Source: an uncultured Christensenellaceae bacterium (lineage in GTDB: Bacteria; Bacillota; Clostridia; Christensenellales; CAG-314). Taken from it: 64,000 nt of DNA. The stretch covers positions 271,400 through 335,399 of the forward strand of contig CAJUIV010000001.1 in the NCBI GenBank assembly GCA_910586905.1, in the 5' to 3' direction. Positions 17,799 through 26,605 of the stretch are shown piece after piece. Under the pieces are notes generated by a model that made no database searches, had not been told where the DNA came from, and saw nothing but the letters and a program-made list of their open reading frames with translations. The first letter of the stretch is position 1. Every line of letters starts with the position of its first letter. The translations under genes and the position numbers were made by a program.

Positions 17799-18053
17799 GT
17801 GTGTACAAATCGTTGCGTTTCTGCGGCGGTATGATATAATAAAGCAGGCAAGGGAATTAAATCGTGTTTAAGTACTCCTTAATACGCGGAATGAGATTCT
17901 GTTGGAATATCGTTGTTTTGCTGTATTCTTAGTTAAGTTCTGCAAAACCAAATTGTTTATTAAGAATCAACTTTAGGCGTCTGAGAACGTAATCTCGGAA
18001 GATATTTCAAAACTTAGCGCATTGCAAAAGACAAATGAGGTAATCCTAAATAT

Positions 18054-18914
18054 ATGAATTATTTGGCGATAATTGTTATAACTTTTATTTCGGGCGTTAT
18101 AGGCACGGGGCTGGGCGGAATAGTCGGCGCAGTGCTTCGCCGCGAATCGAATAAAATAGTGAGTTTGCTTCTGTCTTTTGCCGCGGGAATAATGCTTGCC
18201 GTCGTATGCTTCGATTTGATGAGCGAACCTTTGGAAATGATGAAAGAAGGCATACTCGGCTGGTACGCTCCGTTTATAGTGGTCGCTTCCGTAGGAATTG
18301 GATACGCGGTAGTATATCTCTTAAATTTCGTTATAGATAAAAGAACAAACCGAGAAGTAGTGCATATAGACGAAAATCATCCGCAAACCGCCGACGACTT
18401 GGACGAGCTTATTCACTCGAATCATTTGGAAACGCACAAAAACGAAAAATCTAATTTGTTTATTGCCGGACTTGTAATGATGTTTGCAATAGCGCTGCAT
18501 AATTTGCCGGAAGGCATGGTTATAGGCGCTTCTTACGCTATAACGCCCGATATAACCGCTAACTTATTTTCCGGCAGCGGATTTATTATGGCTATAGTTA
18601 TCGGTTTGCACAATATACCCGAAGGAATGGCGGTGTCCGTTCCGCTTGTTTCCGGCGGAATGGGCAAAGTTAAAGCGGTGCTGCTAACGGCTTTAAGCGG
18701 TTTGCCTACCGTATTCGGAGCTTTGATTGGATACGCTATAGGCGGAATTAACGAAATAATGCTGGTTATTTCTTTGGGCTTTGCAAGCGGCGCAATGCTG
18801 TACGTCGTTTTCGGCGAGCTGCTGCCCGAATCTATATTGATGTGGAAAAGCAAACTGCCTGCGCTTTCCGTATTTATCGGCGTGTTGGTAGGGTTTTTGC
18901 TGGTAATGTTTTAG
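18054..18914 (+). CDS. ZIP-family divalent metal transporter (ZupT-like)
   Basis: 286 aa and polytopic. Duplicated signature HNLPEGM / HNIPEGMAV, plus a His/Asp-rich cytoplasmic loop. Confidence 0.8.
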   Translation: MNYLAIIVITFISGVIGTGLGGIVGAVLRRESNKIVSLLLSFAAGIMLAVVCFDLMSEPLEMMKEGILGWYAPFIVVASVGIGYAVVYLLNFVIDKRTNREVVHIDENHPQTADDLDELIHSNHLETHKNEKSNLFIAGLVMMFAIALHNLPEGMVIGASYAITPDITANLFSGSGFIMAIVIGLHNIPEGMAVSVPLVSGGMGKVKAVLLTALSGLPTVFGALIGYAIGGINEIMLVISLGFASGAMLYVVFGELLPESILMWKSKLPALSVFIGVLVGFLLVMF

Positions 18915-19098
18915 TAACGCGCGTTTTGTCCGTCGTTTGATAAATATGTAAAAGCCGCTTGATTCAATAGTCTTTATTAGCGGCTGTCGTTTCAGATAAT
19001 GTATGCTTGGTAGTATGCAAAATAAATGAAAATCGTTTAAATATTATTGACTAATTTTATTTTTTTTGTTATTCTATTTAGGCGAATAAAACCGATAT

Positions 19099-19187
19099 GG
19101 AGAGATGGTCGAGCGGTTTAAGGCACACGCTTGGAAAGCGTGCGAGGTTAACAGCCTCCGCAGGTTCAAATCCTGTTCTCTCCGCCA
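19099..19187 (+). tRNA. tRNA-Ser (anticodon GGA)
   Basis: GGAGAGATGGTCGAGCGG...CACGCTTGGAAAGCGTG...long variable arm...GCAGGTTCAAATCCTGTTCTCTCCGCCA. Class II tRNA with an encoded CCA. Confidence 0.9.
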
Positions 19188-19341
19188 AAATTAGGGTATT
19201 TTAACCATTTTAGTGTTAAAATACCCCTATTTTTGCCTATTTTTAGGTTTTATTAACCATTTTCAAGTTGCTTTTCCCCACTTTTGCGGAAAAATTGGGG
19301 AAAATTTGGGGAAAGAAGTTATAATTGTGTTATAGGACTTA

Positions 19342-20565
19342 TTATACTTCGTATAATAACTTCTCGGCAACAGCCTTTTGATGCTCTATTGAGAAGTGTG
19401 TATACACGCTTGCAGTTACATTTCCGAGCGAGTGACCGGTCCATAACGATACTAATTCGTTGTCGATTCCGCACTCTCTTGCTCTGGTCGTAAACGTGTG
19501 TCGTAAATCTTTTAATTGGTGATTAGGACAAAACTTTGTAAACGCTACGGATAACTTCTTGACGTCAACATGGTAACCTTTGCCCTGTATGTTCTCTTTG
19601 TACAACGGAAACATCGGTACTGTTCTATAATAATTTTTTTGGTAGTTCTTCAATTTACCGTTTTTAATAGTGATTGTTTCATTGTCGTTTTCTACTATCT
19701 CGTTTACTTCGCAAGCTCTTACTCCGCAATATAGCATACGCAAAAATGAATACTCGTAATAATTTCCCTTGATTGCCTGCACAAATGCTTTTTCTTCCTT
19801 TTTAGATAACGCTTGTCCCGTTGTTCTTTCGTGTTTTGCTACAAATACTGCCTTCATGGGATTGCGGCTTATTAGTCCGTTATTTACAGCGTATTCCATT
19901 ATGCTGCTCATTATGGCTTTGGCGTCTTCGCAAACTCTCGGTTTTTCTTCGTGCAATCGGTTGAAGTGCGGTTGTAACATTTGCGGTGTTATGGCTTGTA
20001 ACGTGTAATCTCCGTATACGCTCCGAACGTGGTTTTTGTATGCGTTGTACAAGCTTTTGTACGAATTCTCTTTAAGCATTTTTCTTTTAACGTTTTCCAT
20101 ATAGTTGTCTGCAAATGGCGCAAATAGTACGGTTGTCTTTGTTGCTTGCGGGCTTACAGTTTTTTCAACTATCTTTATTGTTACTTTCTTTTCTTGAATT
20201 TCCGCTTCAAATACACGCAGCCACTCAAAGGCTCGTTTTTTCGCTTCGTCAAAATTTTTGCTTGAAAAACTAACGTCATAGCCGTATCGTCTATAACGCA
20301 GTTCAAAATAGATACCATTTTTACGTCTAATGGTAAAATCTTTAAGTGTTGGCATTGTTTTTAACTCCTTATAGGTAAAATGTGGTAATTTTTCTTCTCC
20401 GTCTTGTTTTAACGTAGTCTTATGTTGTTTCTTTTGCATAAGCATTTGAGTCAACAGCTGATTTTGTTGCACCAACATTTGTAATAACGTTGATTGATCG
20501 GACGGCGTAGAGTTATTTAACAACGCATTTTGGGATATATTTTCGGTCGTTTTGTACTCTTGCAT
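19342..20565 (-). CDS. tyrosine-type site-specific recombinase / phage integrase
   Basis: 407 aa. C-terminal catalytic signature ...LKDLRHTFTTRA...WTGHS...VYTH (R-H-R-Y set). Confidence 0.85.
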   Translation of the reverse strand: MQEYKTTENISQNALLNNSTPSDQSTLLQMLVQQNQLLTQMLMQKKQHKTTLKQDGEEKLPHFTYKELKTMPTLKDFTIRRKNGIYFELRYRRYGYDVSFSSKNFDEAKKRAFEWLRVFEAEIQEKKVTIKIVEKTVSPQATKTTVLFAPFADNYMENVKRKMLKENSYKSLYNAYKNHVRSVYGDYTLQAITPQMLQPHFNRLHEEKPRVCEDAKAIMSSIMEYAVNNGLISRNPMKAVFVAKHERTTGQALSKKEEKAFVQAIKGNYYEYSFLRMLYCGVRACEVNEIVENDNETITIKNGKLKNYQKNYYRTVPMFPLYKENIQGKGYHVDVKKLSVAFTKFCPNHQLKDLRHTFTTRARECGIDNELVSLWTGHSLGNVTASVYTHFSIEHQKAVAEKLLYEV

Positions 20566-20794
20566 TTTGTTTTTGTTCTCGAACTGTTTATGCGATTAGA
20601 TTTGAACGTTCTACAGTTTTTGAACTTTACTCCTTTTATAATTGAAAACAAAAAGCAATGGTCGTTCTTTGTGGAAAACTTGCTTATTTTGTTTTCACAA
20701 ACTATCCCTTCAAAAACAATACTTTTGCTAACCTGTTTTTTGAAAAAAGTTGAATAAATTTTGAACAAACCCATTTTTCACCTACCGTTATCTT

Positions 20795-20980
20795 TGTTTT
20801 CTCTTGCCGAAGGACAAGGGCAAACCAACCCGATGCAACCGAATATGTCAAGGGGAAAGGGAACCGACAAAGAAAAAACATTCTTATTAAATTGCTAATG
20901 TCATTAAGTTTTTTCTGCGCCTTGACATATTCGGCTGCATCAAATACCATAAACGCCCTTGCCTAGGCAAGAGAAAAACA
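20795..20980. repeat. ~185-bp imperfect inverted repeat (compound hairpin)
   Basis: Outer arms are TGTTTTCTCTTGCCGAAGGACAAGGGC (20795..20821) and GCCCTTGCCTAGGCAAGAGAAAAACA (20955..20980). Inner arms are GATGCAACCGAATATGTCAAGG (20832..20853) and CCTTGACATATTCGGCTGCATC (20920..20941). A further AGAAAAAAC/GTTTTTTCT pairing lies nearer the apex. Confidence 0.6.
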
Positions 20981-21035
20981 AAAGTCGTATCGTAATCTTT
21001 GTGAAAAATGTTTTGTAAAACTTTTCTTAAAACTA

Positions 21036-21064
21036 TTGACAAACTAAATCTTATAGACTATACT
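21036..21064 (+). promoter_or_regulatory. sigma-A type promoter inside the island
   Basis: TTGACA (21036..21041), a 17-nt spacer, then TATACT (21059..21064). Confidence 0.5.
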
Positions 21065-21249
21065 AACGCCATAAGTCGAACGTATGTTCTACTTATTTGA
21101 CCATATCCATATAATATGTTCCGCCTATATAGGTATGATACTAATGTGAAAGATGGCTTACTTCGGTATAGGATTTCCCAGCCGTGCCAATGAAGTTTGT
21201 CAAATACACTCTATTTGCATTTATGGGAAAAAGGGGGGGGTACTCTTGT

Positions 21250-21405
21250 ATGGAAGTTAAGGTGCAAGAAGTAATTTGTCCTAACTGCGGTAAGCGATTA
21301 CGCGGAGTTAGATTACACTGCCGTAACTGCGGCGTAGATATTTATAGCAAACGAAAAACACCGCGATGTTACGTCTTGGAAGTTAAGCAGCCGAATACAA
21401 CTTAA
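21250..21405 (+). CDS. 51-aa zinc-ribbon protein
   Basis: MEVKVQEVICPNCGKRLRGVRLHCRNCGVDIY... has two CxxC pairs. A purine-rich AAAAAGGGGGGGG stretch lies 9 nt upstream and acts as the SD. The longer track ORF (21184) has no SD. Confidence 0.5.
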   Translation: MEVKVQEVICPNCGKRLRGVRLHCRNCGVDIYSKRKTPRCYVLEVKQPNTT

Positions 21406-21546
21406 TATTTCCGTTAGCGTTACGACGTTACGGCCGAACTGAAACAGTGTTCGGGTAAGTCCGTAAAGTACGAACGTTAATAAGTGCTTGTGCTTAATGC
21501 AACTAAGGCGTTGCATACAAACGAGTAAGTGAAAACTTAAATAGTT

Positions 21547-21591
21547 GGCAGGTAGAATAATCTTCAATGGTTATACTACCTGCCTTTTTTT
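21547..21591 (+). terminator. intrinsic terminator
   Basis: GGCAGGTAG ... CTACCTGCC stem followed by T7. Confidence 0.65.
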
Positions 21592-21669
21592 ATGCCATTT
21601 CCGGTGCGGAAGATTATTCAACCGCATCGGACATTTTTTTGTCCGAAATTCAAAAACGGGGACAGAGAA

Positions 21670-22137
21670 ATGAAAAAGATATTTTTGGTAAGGAAGGACG
21701 TAGCTATGCCCTACGGCGAAGGTAATTGGCAAATTATGAATGTTGCCGAGTTTAACGCGTTCAAAGCTACTGACGAGGCGAAAGGAAGGACGTTTACACG
21801 AATGTTTCAGCAAGACCAAGACAGCGATTTAATTATTAAAGAATGCGAGCCCGACGAAGCGCGGCAAATTAAAACTGCACTGCAAAAGGTACGGCGCAAT
21901 CAAAAATATGCTTTTCAAAGAGGTATTGTGGAAATTCCGTATTCGCAAGTAAATGTTTACGGCAAAACGGTAAGCAGTGACGAGCTGATTCCCGACGAAA
22001 CACAAGACGTAGAAGTAATCGTAGAAAAGGAGATGTTAATTGAAAATTTGTACGCTGCTGTTGCCCGTCTTTCTAATAAAGAAAAAGAACTGATTATACG
22101 TATACGCGAAAATAGAATTTATGGATATACAATTTAG
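21670..22137 (+). CDS. sigma-70 region-4-like protein of integrative elements (possibly disrupted)
   Basis: MKKIFLVRKDV... ends in LSNKEKELIIRIRENRIYGYTI*, which resembles the start of a region-4 HTH. Its stop overlaps the GTG of the next ORF. Confidence 0.5.
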   Translation: MKKIFLVRKDVAMPYGEGNWQIMNVAEFNAFKATDEAKGRTFTRMFQQDQDSDLIIKECEPDEARQIKTALQKVRRNQKYAFQRGIVEIPYSQVNVYGKTVSSDELIPDETQDVEVIVEKEMLIENLYAAVARLSNKEKELIIRIRENRIYGYTI

Positions 22138-22601
22138 TGTCGGGACGTTCGCTTAAAGGCGAAGTTAAAGCAACGTTTAACTCGTTCAGAAAAAAGCTGA
22201 AAAAAGAGTACGACGCAACCGAAGGAAATAAGCTTACGTTCGAGCAGCTGACGGAAAATCATTACGGATGGGCATTTCCTGCACTTAAGAGTAATATAAA
22301 TTTAAAACGAATAGCGGAGAATTGCGACGCTTTAGAGGCGTTTGAAACGTTTGGTAAATTGAGTTATAGCGTTCATAGTAATACCTTGCTGCAAAATTTC
22401 ACGTCTAGGATGGAGGATACGACGTATAAAATCGTTTCGTACGCGATAGAAATTATGGGCGAATACGTTTTGGTTTTTATGGAAAATCTACGTTTGCAAA
22501 AACGTTATGTTCGTGAGTTTTTAACTATGTACGACGACTTAAGAAGCGAAATAACCTCGTACTTTACAGATCTCGCTCAAAAGTTGAAAGAGTTTCTTTA
22601 A
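22137..22601 (+). CDS. hypothetical protein
   Basis: 154-aa ORF with a GTG start overlapping the upstream TAG. The N-terminus GRSLKGEVKATFNSFRKKLKKE resembles the end of a sigma region 4.2. A terminator follows. Confidence 0.45.
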   Translation: MSGRSLKGEVKATFNSFRKKLKKEYDATEGNKLTFEQLTENHYGWAFPALKSNINLKRIAENCDALEAFETFGKLSYSVHSNTLLQNFTSRMEDTTYKIVSYAIEIMGEYVLVFMENLRLQKRYVREFLTMYDDLRSEITSYFTDLAQKLKEFL

Positions 22602-22610
22602 AAGAACATA

Positions 22611-22643
22611 AGCGTATGATATCAAAATCATACGCTTTATTTT
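22611..22643. terminator. intrinsic terminator between convergent genes
   Basis: AGCGTATGAT-ATCAAA-ATCATACGCT stem-loop followed by TTATTTT. Confidence 0.6.
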
Positions 22644-22655
22644 GAGTCTATTCAA

Positions 22656-23315
22656 CTATTTTGCATGTAGGCAAAGCTCAATCAGTTTGCCGGAAAGTTT
22701 CGCTTGACGCAGCGAATCGGCGGTAATTCTTTCGCCGTTTTTAAGCATGGTTTCTCCGTAAAAATTCGTGATGTTTTTATCGACCGTTTTCCCTATTAAA
22801 AATGAAAAATCTCCGTATCTTCTTTTGATTTTGTATTCGTTCGGAAATTTTATACTTTGGGAATTCTTTTCTTGACAGGAAGTTTCTTGAAGACTGTTAT
22901 CGTTTGACGTTACTTTTTTTCGTATTACTTTTTTCGGTAAATTTACCAAAACGATATCGCCGACGGCTTTTATTCTGCCTTTCGTATAGTATTCCCCTCT
23001 GTCGGACTCAATACGTAAAAATTTCAGATTATTACGCATTTCAACTTCGTTGATATTCCCTAAAAATTTACCGTTAACGTCGTAAAGTTTTTTTTCTAAA
23101 TTCAGCAAACCGCAAACGTGTGTTTCTTGAGGATTTTCGGCGATTAGTATATTGTCGGATACGGTTAGTTTCTCTATGTCGAAACAAGAATCGCCGTTAA
23201 CCGCAAAACATTTTCCGGTTTTGGGGTCTATCGAAACGCCCGTTACGGTGCCGAGAGCACGGTTGTCTTTTTTGTCTATAAGCTGTTTTTCCAATAATTG
23301 CGATAATTTAATCAT
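22656..23315 (-). CDS. PRC-barrel domain protein (two PRC-like modules)
   Basis: 219 aa. It has two segments of the form L.GK.V.D..G..LG.V..V..D...G typical of PRC barrels (LIDKKDNRALGTVTGVSIDPKTGK; LYDVNGKFLGNINEVEM). Confidence 0.6.
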   Translation of the reverse strand: MIKLSQLLEKQLIDKKDNRALGTVTGVSIDPKTGKCFAVNGDSCFDIEKLTVSDNILIAENPQETHVCGLLNLEKKLYDVNGKFLGNINEVEMRNNLKFLRIESDRGEYYTKGRIKAVGDIVLVNLPKKVIRKKVTSNDNSLQETSCQEKNSQSIKFPNEYKIKRRYGDFSFLIGKTVDKNITNFYGETMLKNGERITADSLRQAKLSGKLIELCLHAK

Positions 23316-24087
23316 TTTGATGTCCGTTCGAACTTTATATAAATTGCCCGGGAATAAATTTCCTCGGTAAAACTGTGAGAAATAACGTCGTATTCTATTA
23401 TATGCGCTAAAAACGCGAGCTTGACCAAAATTTTGTTTATTGTAGATGTGGTTGAGTTTTTATTTTAATACCGTACGCTAATAGGTTTATTGCGGTAAAA
23501 CGCGTTTAAAACCAGATATGATGCGATTATACCCAATAAACTCAGTTAACACATGTTGATTGATTAAATATATCTAATACAACGACTCTAAACCAATTGG
23601 CGCCGAATGGTTTGCGTTGCAGTTAAACTCGATTTAATCCGGCTAAACGTAGAAGGTTGTTTTATTACATTTTAAAACAACAACTTTAATATAAAATCAG
23701 AAACCGTTTTAAGAAACCATTAAATCCGGTTATGCGCCTTTAAATATATTAAGTCGCTTAATTATAAAACTAAATCAAGCGTTTTTGGCGTACGTTTTTG
23801 TCGATAAAAATTTAAAAAAGGAAAAAACAAATGCGTTAATATCAGTTTGCCGCCCTCGCGTTGAGTTTTGATATTCCGTTTAACTTTCTACACTGTAAAA
23901 TTTTTATTATTTAGTAAATCTCCGTTATTGCATAATATAGTAAGAAATATTGAACATACTAAGGGACGACTGCGCAAAACTTACGATTATCGAAATACGT
24001 CGTTTTGTTTCCGGTATGTCTAAGCGCTTGTCAAAACGGGCAAGATGATGTAAAATACAAAATATAAATAAAAAGGAGATAACATAT

Positions 24088-24270
24088 ATGATAACCAAGG
24101 ATATGAGAATAGTGGAAGTATTGCAAGTCAAGCCGGAGTCGGCGCAGGTATTCGGAAGATACGGAATGGGATGTATTCATTGTCTTATGGCGCATCAGGA
24201 AACGGTTGAGGAAGCCGCTGCCGTACACGGAGTCGACGTTGAGGAAATGCTTGCCGAACTTAACGCTTAA
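24088..24270 (+). CDS. DUF1858 / hybrid-cluster-protein-associated redox disulfide protein
   Basis: 60 aa with an AAGGAG SD. The conserved core is VFGRYGMGCIHCLMAHQETVEEAAAVHGVD. Confidence 0.75.
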   Translation: MITKDMRIVEVLQVKPESAQVFGRYGMGCIHCLMAHQETVEEAAAVHGVDVEEMLAELNA

Positions 24271-24283
24271 TAGGTATAAATTT

Positions 24284-24310
24284 AAAAGTCCGCAAATATT
24301 GCGGACTTTT
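24284..24310 (+). terminator. intrinsic terminator
   Basis: AAAAGTCCGC-AAATATT-GCGGACTTTT. Confidence 0.7.
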
Positions 24311-24483
24311 AAATTGTCTATTGTTCTAACGTACGCGAACGGTCTTGATATTAGCCAAAACTTTGTTATTTCAGTTTTAACATAAAAATTTTTGCGGTTA
24401 TCGTTTAAAAGTTCGGTATTGACTTTGAGTTAAAACGATGTTACAATAAATATAATTAAATATAAATATACGGGGTTAAGAGG

Positions 24484-24957
24484 ATGGAAAACTGTTTTAA
24501 AAGGGCAAGCGAAGTAATGCAAGAGAATTTTGGTCATATTGTGGAAATGAGTTTGGCGTCTTGCGCCGATAATAAAGTTACGGTACGCGAAGTTCACGCC
24601 TATTATAAAGACGGCAAAATGTACGTTCTTGCCAAGTCAACTAATTCGCTTATGCACGATATTTCCAAATGTCCCCGCATAGGAATGTGCCATGCTTCGC
24701 ACAATATTTACGGCAATGCAAAATCTTTGGGACATCCGTTGGACGCCGCAAACGCCGAATTGAGGAAATTTTTGAAAAAACAGTTTTCGCTAAACTACAG
24801 CGACTACGTCGAGGAGCGCGACCCTGAAATGCGTATAGTTGAAATAACCGTTACCCAAGCGGAAACGTTTACGCGCTATCATCGTTACGAAATCGATTTC
24901 GAAAATAAAACCGCCGTGCGCGACCATACTCAGCCTGTCTATATATACAGACAATAG
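24484..24957 (+). CDS. pyridoxamine 5'-phosphate oxidase-like (split-barrel flavin-binding) family protein
   Basis: 157 aa with a GAGG SD. The overall pattern (VEMSLASCADNKVTVREVHAYYKDGKMYVLAKSTNSLMHDI) resembles PNPOx-like general stress proteins. The assignment is tentative. Confidence 0.5.
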   Translation: MENCFKRASEVMQENFGHIVEMSLASCADNKVTVREVHAYYKDGKMYVLAKSTNSLMHDISKCPRIGMCHASHNIYGNAKSLGHPLDAANAELRKFLKKQFSLNYSDYVEERDPEMRIVEITVTQAETFTRYHRYEIDFENKTAVRDHTQPVYIYRQ

Positions 24958-25835
24958 TAGAACACCTGCTTGATATCTCGAGAAATTTATTAAAAATGCA
25001 CCTCCAAATGTGTCTAACTTTTGTGGGTGCATTTCATTTGTTCGCGTCGATTTTAATTTGGTTTTGGTTTAACTATACGGTTATTTCACCGCATTGATTT
25101 AAGATAACGCAGCAGCAAAAGCGTAGACCAAACCGCAGCAAATTCCGAACGTTGCGGCGAGCATCGCTCAATGACGATTTTCAGTCAAATTTTGTTTATA
25201 CGTTTTATAACGGCGATATCAGTCGCGCTAAGAAGCACGCTTATAAATCCGCTTGGCGTCTCTTCTATAACGGGTATTATTGTACAAAGCGCAACGTAGT
25301 TGCCCCATACCATTATCAAAATAAACGGCGGTATAGATAACGTCATTTCGTACCGTTTCACTTAGGAACAGCCTTTATACTTTTCGCCGACGATAAACAG
25401 CGTTACGCCTTGTAATATGTTTTCTTGTAACGTACCCTCAGTACCGTCGGCGGTTTTACGTTCGCGTTTCGATGTTTTTTCTAACGGCGCGCCGTTTACG
25501 GTTGTTTTCTTTTTCCTCCGTCCGGAAAGTTTCTTCGCAGACTATTTCACCGTATTTTTCGCATCACCGATTTGTTTTATTTCTCTTCTACAGTAATTAT
25601 TTGCGCCCGACTGCATTTGCTGTACTTGGGTGTCCGTATTATAAATATTGTACCGGCCGTTGTCGGGCTTTTTACGGGATTTTTAGGGTTGAGTGGCAAA
25701 CTCGGTTCGTTCGATAAAACGTAAATTTTATTATGAAAAAAATTTAAACCGCAAGCAATCGGTATAATGAAAAAGCGTCTGAACGGACATTCAAACGCTT
25801 TCATAAATAGTATTAATTTGATTCTACCGTAAGAG

Positions 25836-26384
25836 TTACCGTACGTTCCACTCTGCAAGCAAACTGTCTACGTCGGTTATTTTCGCTCCGTAAGTCGCCA
25901 CTAGATATTTAATTCCGTAATCGTAATCTTCCTGCGTAAAGCAATCGGTCGCGTCTTTTGCAACGACTATATTGTATCCTAAGCAGTAAGCGTCGGCAGT
26001 AGTGTGCCGTACGCACATATGGGTGTGCAGTCCCGTCATAACGACGGTGTCGACGCCGAGTTCTTTTAAAAGCAAATCGAGGTCGGTATGGAAAAACCCG
26101 CTGTACCGACGTTTAGGCACTACGTAGTCTTTTTCGCAAAGTTTGAGCTCGGGTATGACTTCCGCTCCTTTCGTTCCGGCAATCGCGTGGTCGCCCCAAA
26201 GTTTAAGTTCGTGGTCTATTCCTTTAACGTGAGCGTCGTTACAGAATATTACCGGTACGCCCGCTTTTCTTGCGCCGTCCAGTAGTTTGGCTGTTTTGGG
26301 GACGATGGCAAGTCCTCTGTCGCATTTCAACGCTCCGGTTACAAAGTCGTTTAGCATATCTACTACAAGTATTGCTGTTTTCAT
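25836..26384 (-). CDS. isochorismatase-family cysteine hydrolase (nicotinamidase-like)
   Basis: 182 aa. Motifs ILVVDMLNDF (Asp), ..K.. and VMTGLHTHMCVRHT (catalytic Cys). Confidence 0.8.
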   Translation of the reverse strand: MKTAILVVDMLNDFVTGALKCDRGLAIVPKTAKLLDGARKAGVPVIFCNDAHVKGIDHELKLWGDHAIAGTKGAEVIPELKLCEKDYVVPKRRYSGFFHTDLDLLLKELGVDTVVMTGLHTHMCVRHTTADAYCLGYNIVVAKDATDCFTQEDYDYGIKYLVATYGAKITDVDSLLAEWNVR

Positions 26385-26605
26385 TTATTCTCCTTTCGCC
26401 GATTCGTTTCGACGGATTATATATTAAAATTCGCGGTTGCATTGCGCGCTATATAATCAAATAAATTGTACTACTATCTGGCGCAAAAATCAACGAAATG
26501 CGCAATCTTAGTTGATTTTCGTGCGTTTTATAATGTTGCGTTACAATTCGAAATATGCTATACTTTTACCTAATAATCGATAATATGTTAAAATAAGGAG
26601 AAAAG

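Larger units (their letters stand above)
19188..22643. mobile_element. small integrase-bearing island abutting the tRNA-Ser 3' end (right boundary uncertain)
   Basis: A tyrosine integrase gene starts 155 nt from the tRNA 3' end. It is followed by non-housekeeping small genes, a sigma-region-4-like gene typical of Firmicutes integrative elements, and a terminator at 22611..22643. I could not find an attR direct repeat. Confidence 0.4.

Noticed and set aside
17799-18053. 250-nt leader upstream of the ZIP transporter, as a possible metal riboswitch or Zur box.
   Set aside because: I recognised no match to the yybP-ykoY, czcD or Zur-box consensus. It is left unannotated.
20517-20950. Three overlapping 75-85-aa ORFs upstream of the integrase (possible excisionase or repressor).
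   Set aside because: There is no SD, no HTH-like segment and Lys/Phe-rich low-complexity products. The region is better explained by the long inverted repeat.
19160-24087. Search for an attR copy of the tRNA-Ser 3' end (…GGTTCAAATCCTGTTCTCTCCGCCA) to delimit the island.
   Set aside because: I found only weak partial resemblances by eye, for example TGTTCCGCC at about 21118. The right boundary is left open because I cannot run an alignment.
23925-24228. Two minus-strand ORFs (68 and 65 aa) overlapping the DUF1858 gene and its promoter.
   Set aside because: They are antisense to a conserved small gene with a strong SD, and their products are low-complexity.
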